From: Candidatus Falkowbacteria bacterium HGW-Falkowbacteria-1 | GTDB taxonomy: Bacteria > Patescibacteriota > Patescibacteriia > Patescibacteriales > UBA12465 | Reading direction: 5' to 3' | Assembly (NCBI GenBank): GCA_002840305.1 | Contig: PHAI01000001.1 | Location: forward strand, 29,734-93,733 | Length of the DNA: 64,000 nucleotides | Shown here: positions 59,997 through 64,000 of the stretch, piece by piece | Layout of the letters: each line of letters starts with the position of its first letter | Position numbering within the stretch: the stretch's first letter is position 1 | Made by a program: the position numbers and the translations under genes | The notes under the pieces: model-generated | Told to the model about the DNA's origin: nothing | Database searches by the model: none | What the model saw: only the letters and a program-made list of their open reading frames with translations

Positions 59997-60031
59997 TTTG
60001 TCACCTCGGCCGAATGAGTGGAGAGGTCTAT
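59997..60031 (-). repeat. REP-like element (inverted orientation)
   Basis: TTTGTCACCTCGGCCGAATGAGTGGAGAGGTCTAT. Confidence 0.8.
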
Positions 60032-60058
60032 TTTAAAAGTAAATAAAAGGCTAAAATT

Positions 60059-60937
60059 ATGACTGATAAAGAATTATTAAAACAACTTAATTCCCTAAAG
60101 AGCATAAGGATGGAAGAGAATTTGAAAGAGTCAAACAAAAGAGTTTTGTTGACTCAGATTTCTAATACCGTTTCAGAAAATTCAGAAGCAAAGCCTTTCA
60201 ATAATTTCTTCTTTTTTGTTAAAAATATTTTAGCTATGAGTTCTCGACCGGCAATGGTTTTGTCCGGTGTTTTTTTATTTCTTTTTGCTTCCTTAATATT
60301 GGGAAGCGATTTTTATAAAAACTCCAAGCCAACCGATTCTTTGTATATTGCTAGAGTGCTTAGCGAGAGAGCTAGATTAAATACAACTTTCGATCAGACA
60401 GCAAAAGAAAAATTAGCAGTTAAATTTGCCAGTCAACACGCAAAGGACATAGCGACACTTTTGATGGACCCAGAGTTTAACAAAGAAGAAAACAGAGAAG
60501 AGGTGGAAAAATTGTCGGTTAGTTTTAAAAGCGAAATAGAAAAGGTGCGAGGCAATATTAACGCTAACGAAGCAACAAGCGAGATAAAAGAAGATGTGGA
60601 CTCTGCGGTTTTTAGCGCCAGCAGCTTGAGAGAAGAAAATGGAACAGATGTTTATATAGAAGAAGAAAATTTCAAGGAGAATAGCGACATGACTCTAGAC
60701 ACTTTAAAGGATGAGGAAAAAATAACAGTCTCTAATGAAGATATCGTCTTGGAAGGATCATCAGAATTGTCCAGTACTAGTGAAGAAGTAAAAGAGTTGG
60801 GAGAAAAAATAGAAGAGTTAAATGGAAAAATTAGTGACGACAGTGTTATAAGCAAGGAATTGTTAGAAGAGATAGAAAGTTTGTTTGAGAATGGTAAGTA
60901 TGACGAAGTTTTATTAAAATTAAATAACATAAAATAG
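60059..60937 (+). CDS. Putative anti-sigma factor (DUF5667-like, single TM)
   Basis: Short helical N-terminus, one TM, S.P.DSLY......E motif, acidic tail. Preceded by an ECF-type promoter. Confidence 0.65.
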   Translation: MTDKELLKQLNSLKSIRMEENLKESNKRVLLTQISNTVSENSEAKPFNNFFFFVKNILAMSSRPAMVLSGVFLFLFASLILGSDFYKNSKPTDSLYIARVLSERARLNTTFDQTAKEKLAVKFASQHAKDIATLLMDPEFNKEENREEVEKLSVSFKSEIEKVRGNINANEATSEIKEDVDSAVFSASSLREENGTDVYIEEENFKENSDMTLDTLKDEEKITVSNEDIVLEGSSELSSTSEEVKELGEKIEELNGKISDDSVISKELLEEIESLFENGKYDEVLLKLNNIK

Positions 60938-61032
60938 GAATAGATCTCTCCGCTCGTCATCCGTAGGATGACTCAGTCGAGATGACAAAGAGGCTAATAG
61001 GAATAGATCTCTCCGCTCGTCATCCGTAGGAT
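60933..61032 (+). repeat. Tandem REP-like elements (one full, one truncated)
   Basis: 37-bp direct repeat AATAGGAATAGATCTCTCCGCTCGTCATCCGTAGGAT at 60933-60969 and 60996-61032. Confidence 0.85.
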
Positions 61033-61310
61033 CTGTTATTTATAGCAGGGGTTCGGCGTGACCAACAAGGTCGATCCCGAGAGGGAGGACGCGACGTTTA
61101 AATCAAACTTGTTTCTTTAAAAAGAATATTCATTTGAGAAAAAGAAGAAAAGCTTTAAAATTTTTCACATATAGATCGGTTAAGCTTTTCTCCGCACGCT
61201 TATTTTTATAAGCTTGCTGGAGTCGTGAAAAATTATCCCATGCTAATTTTTCCTCGCTTATAACAATAAGTGTGCGGGGGAGCGGGATCCTGATCGATTT
61301 ATTTCAGGAC
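61033..61310 (+). promoter_or_regulatory. Structured leader (three-way junction and long hairpin) upstream of the surface protein gene
   Basis: GACC/GGTC and TCCC-GAGA-GGGA hairpins enclosed by GCGT/ACGC at 61051-61095. About 120-nt fold-back at 61174-61295. Confidence 0.55.
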
Positions 61311-61430
61311 TAATTTAAGGGCAAATCTTTTAAATCTCAAAAGATATTCTCGGAGAGAAACAATAAGTTTCGACTACCTTTATAATTTATATCTATATAT
61401 GAATTTAGGGGTGGTATCTTACAAATTATT

Positions 61431-64000
61431 ATGAAAAGATTCAACAAAATCTTTACATCATTAGTCATGGTGATGACAGTTTTTGTAATGAGTGGATTTA
61501 CTATGTTAGTAAATGTTTCTCCTACTTTAGCTGCAGCACAAGCTGGTGACCTTATTAAAAAAGACGGTCTTTCAGCTGTGTATTACTTAGGCGATGATGG
61601 AAAAAGATATGTATTTCCAAACGAATCTACTTACAAATCATGGTACAGTGACTTCTCAGGTGTTGTTACTGTTTCTTCTGATGAATTAGCTAGTTACCCA
61701 TTGGGTGCTAACGTAGTAGTTCGCCCTGGAACAAAATTAGTAAAAATCACAACAGATCCAAAGGTTTACACAGTTGAACCAAACGGATCATTAAGATGGA
61801 TACAAACAGAAGCTGACGCCACTGCTTTATACGGAGCCAACTGGGCACAACGTGTAATCGACGTGTCTGATGCTTTTTTCACTAACTATGTAATCGGAAC
61901 TCCTTTGGCTTCTAATCAGACTCCAGTAGGATCTTTGGTTAAAAAGGCTGGTGAAACTAACATTTATTACTACGATGGTACTAACTATCGTTTAATAGAA
62001 GACGAAGTTGCTTTCTTAGCAAATAGATTCCAACATGCTAATATTTTGACATTAGCTTCTTTCACTGCTGGTGGTTCTACAATCACTGGTTCTGAAGCTG
62101 CTCTTATCAAAACATCACAAGCTGGAGCTGCTACAGGATGGCAACCAGGTCAAGGAACAGGCGTTACAGTTGCTTTAAACTCAATGACTCCTGCTGCTCA
62201 ATCAGTTCCACAAACTGTAGGAAGAATTCCTTTTTTAAAGGTTAATCTAACAGCTTCTAATGATGGTGCAACCAATTTAGAATCTATTACAGTTAAAAGA
62301 ACTGGTTTAACTGGAACTTGGACTACTTTCAAGGTTTGGGCTGAAAAAGACGGAGTAATGGTTACTTCAAAAAGAGCATTAACATCTAATGATGATGCTG
62401 TTTTAACTTTCGCTCCAGCTTTAACTATCGCAGCTGGTCAAACAGCTACTTTAGAAATTTTAGCCGAAGTTGCCGGTGCTTCTGGTAATGGTGCTTTAGG
62501 AATTGCTTCTGCCTCAGCTGTTTCAGCTTCTGGTTCAACAGTTTCTGGATCATTCCCAATCACTGGTAACTTAATGAGTTTCACTGATTATGATGTTACA
62601 GAATTAACATTTGATTCTCCAGCAAACAGCTATGTTTACAAAGTTGGTGATGAAGATGTTGAATTAGGTCAATTTGACATTAACTTTACATCTGACGAGC
62701 GTGATGTTGTTGTTAGCTCCGTAATGTTGAGAAACACTGGAGTTGAAGATTTATCAACAGCTTTAATGAATGTAAAATTAGAAAACAATGGAAACGTTGT
62801 TTCTAGTAATGCCACTTTTAATGGTCGTTATGCAACCTTTACTTTCAGTAATGGTGGATTAACTATGTTAAAAGATGACGGTGATCAAACATTTACTATC
62901 AAAGGTGATATAATCGGAAAAGACAGTACTGGAACAGACAGCGTTGTTTTCAAATTAAATAAGACAGAAGACCTTTATGCTTATGAAAAAGCTACTGGTT
63001 TTGGAGTTTCTTATGGAAATGGAAATGCTGTAGATGTTTCAGACACTGAAATTCAATCTGGCGCTGTAACAGTTTCTAAGAAATCAAGCTCTCCTTCTGA
63101 TACTACAGTTATCAAAGGATCAAAGAGCGTGGTTGCTTTAGTAGCTAACATCAGAGCCGATGAAATTATTTCATCTGACGGTTTATCTGTTTACTATATG
63201 GACGACAGTGCTTTCGACTATTCATTTAGCAATGTTAAAGTTTACTTAAACAATGCTTTATTGGGTTCATTTGATACAGCAGCTACAAGTTCTGTAGCTT
63301 ATACAGCTGAATTACTTGATTCTTCATTGAACTTGAAAAAGGGTGACAATGAAGTTAAAGTTACTGTTGATGTAAAATCAGCTGCTACAGCTGGCGATAA
63401 TATCAAAATCAAATTAGACGGAGCTGATTTATTGGATGTTCCAGAATATGTAAGCAATGGTATTGCTGTTGACGCTGGTGACATTTCAGGAACAGCTACT
63501 GGATCTGAAATCTCAGTAGAAGGTGGTGATTTAACTGTAACTAGAAACGATGGTTATGCTTCAGGCAGAATCGTTGTTAAAGGTTCAGCTGATGTGTCTT
63601 TAGGTAAATTTGCTGTTAAAGCATCTAATGATGTTATCAAAATCACTAGCATTAGTTTGGGTAGCAATGTAGTTACTGGAGATGAAATTACTGATTCTTC
63701 AGTTTACGACATGAAACTTTTTGTTGACGGTGTGCAAATCGGAACAACAAGAAATTTCTCCGGTGGAGCTACTTTCTCTTCATTGAATTACACTATCGCT
63801 CAAAATGTTACAAAGGTTATTGAATTAAAAGGTTCTTTTGATTCAGCATCTACTGGTACTTTTGAGACATTAGCTACTTTCAACTCTCAGGACTCTTTAG
63901 GAAAAGCTATTGGAGCTAAAACAGCTTCAACAACTGATTTTGAAGTTACTGAACTAGGAGATTTGATTGTAGAGACAGGAGCAGATACTCCTAACGCTGA
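61431..64000 (+). CDS. Large secreted surface/S-layer-like protein (3' partial; absent from ORF track)
   Basis: MKRFNKIFTSLVMVMTVFVMSG signal peptide, AGDLIK....AVYYL..DGKRYVFPNESTY.SWY.DFS domain, then Thr/Ser/Gly/Val-rich beta-sandwich-like sequence running off the window. Strongly biased codon use. Confidence 0.85.
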   Translation, partial: MKRFNKIFTSLVMVMTVFVMSGFTMLVNVSPTLAAAQAGDLIKKDGLSAVYYLGDDGKRYVFPNESTYKSWYSDFSGVVTVSSDELASYPLGANVVVRPGTKLVKITTDPKVYTVEPNGSLRWIQTEADATALYGANWAQRVIDVSDAFFTNYVIGTPLASNQTPVGSLVKKAGETNIYYYDGTNYRLIEDEVAFLANRFQHANILTLASFTAGGSTITGSEAALIKTSQAGAATGWQPGQGTGVTVALNSMTPAAQSVPQTVGRIPFLKVNLTASNDGATNLESITVKRTGLTGTWTTFKVWAEKDGVMVTSKRALTSNDDAVLTFAPALTIAAGQTATLEILAEVAGASGNGALGIASASAVSASGSTVSGSFPITGNLMSFTDYDVTELTFDSPANSYVYKVGDEDVELGQFDINFTSDERDVVVSSVMLRNTGVEDLSTALMNVKLENNGNVVSSNATFNGRYATFTFSNGGLTMLKDDGDQTFTIKGDIIGKDSTGTDSVVFKLNKTEDLYAYEKATGFGVSYGNGNAVDVSDTEIQSGAVTVSKKSSSPSDTTVIKGSKSVVALVANIRADEIISSDGLSVYYMDDSAFDYSFSNVKVYLNNALLGSFDTAATSSVAYTAELLDSSLNLKKGDNEVKVTVDVKSAATAGDNIKIKLDGADLLDVPEYVSNGIAVDAGDISGTATGSEISVEGGDLTVTRNDGYASGRIVVKGSADVSLGKFAVKASNDVIKITSISLGSNVVTGDEITDSSVYDMKLFVDGVQIGTTRNFSGGATFSSLNYTIAQNVTKVIELKGSFDSASTGTFETLATFNSQDSLGKAIGAKTASTTDFEVTELGDLIVETGADTPNA

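Noticed and set aside
1358..63484. Numerous 60-160-aa antisense or overlapping ORFs in the track (e.g. 1358..1741, 13981..14292, 16512..16895, 45178..45660, 52130..52576, 63299..63484)
   Set aside because: They are shadow frames of well-supported genes, with F/S/L/I-rich composition typical of antisense translation.
1..64000. Alternative genetic code 25 (TGA=Gly)
   Set aside because: Conserved genes are full length under code 11, and TGA ends genes such as ileS and the pilin at 6464.

Overview
Low-GC, gene-dense chromosomal segment whose gene set and style point to a Patescibacteria (CPR; Parcubacteria/ABY1-like) genome in genetic code 11 (taxonomy is inference). The backbone is housekeeping: tsaD, ychF, trxA/gdhA/trxB, nusA, K+-independent H+-PPase, tig, smpB plus tmRNA, three tRNAs, infC-rpmI-rplT, secG, rnj, a UvrD-nuclease fusion, P-type ATPase, rarA, ileS, lemA/htpX and pyk. 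The main signals beyond the backbone are these. (1) A modular type IV pilin family: one short pilin, two paralogues that keep the same pilin module but append different domains right after a shared PGGII motif (a 7-blade propeller and a circularly permuted Fib_succ_major domain), and a giant pilin with nested LamG and double-propeller insertions. (2) A stand-alone gene whose last 150 nt look like a diversity-generating retroelement (DGR) variable repeat, with no RT or template in the window. (3) Unannotated small transcription units: a 31-aa double AT-hook-like microprotein and a rod-shaped sRNA. (4) A REP-like palindrome family, a 9-nt tandem repeat family, and a 33-nt in-frame hairpin insertion in a prepilin leader. 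(5) A glycosylation island plus pilin lying between an ECF sigma factor and its probable anti-sigma, including a homopolymer-frameshifted pyruvyltransferase. (6) A structured leader before a large surface protein gene missed by the ORF track. All calls come from reading the sequence by eye; no searches were run.
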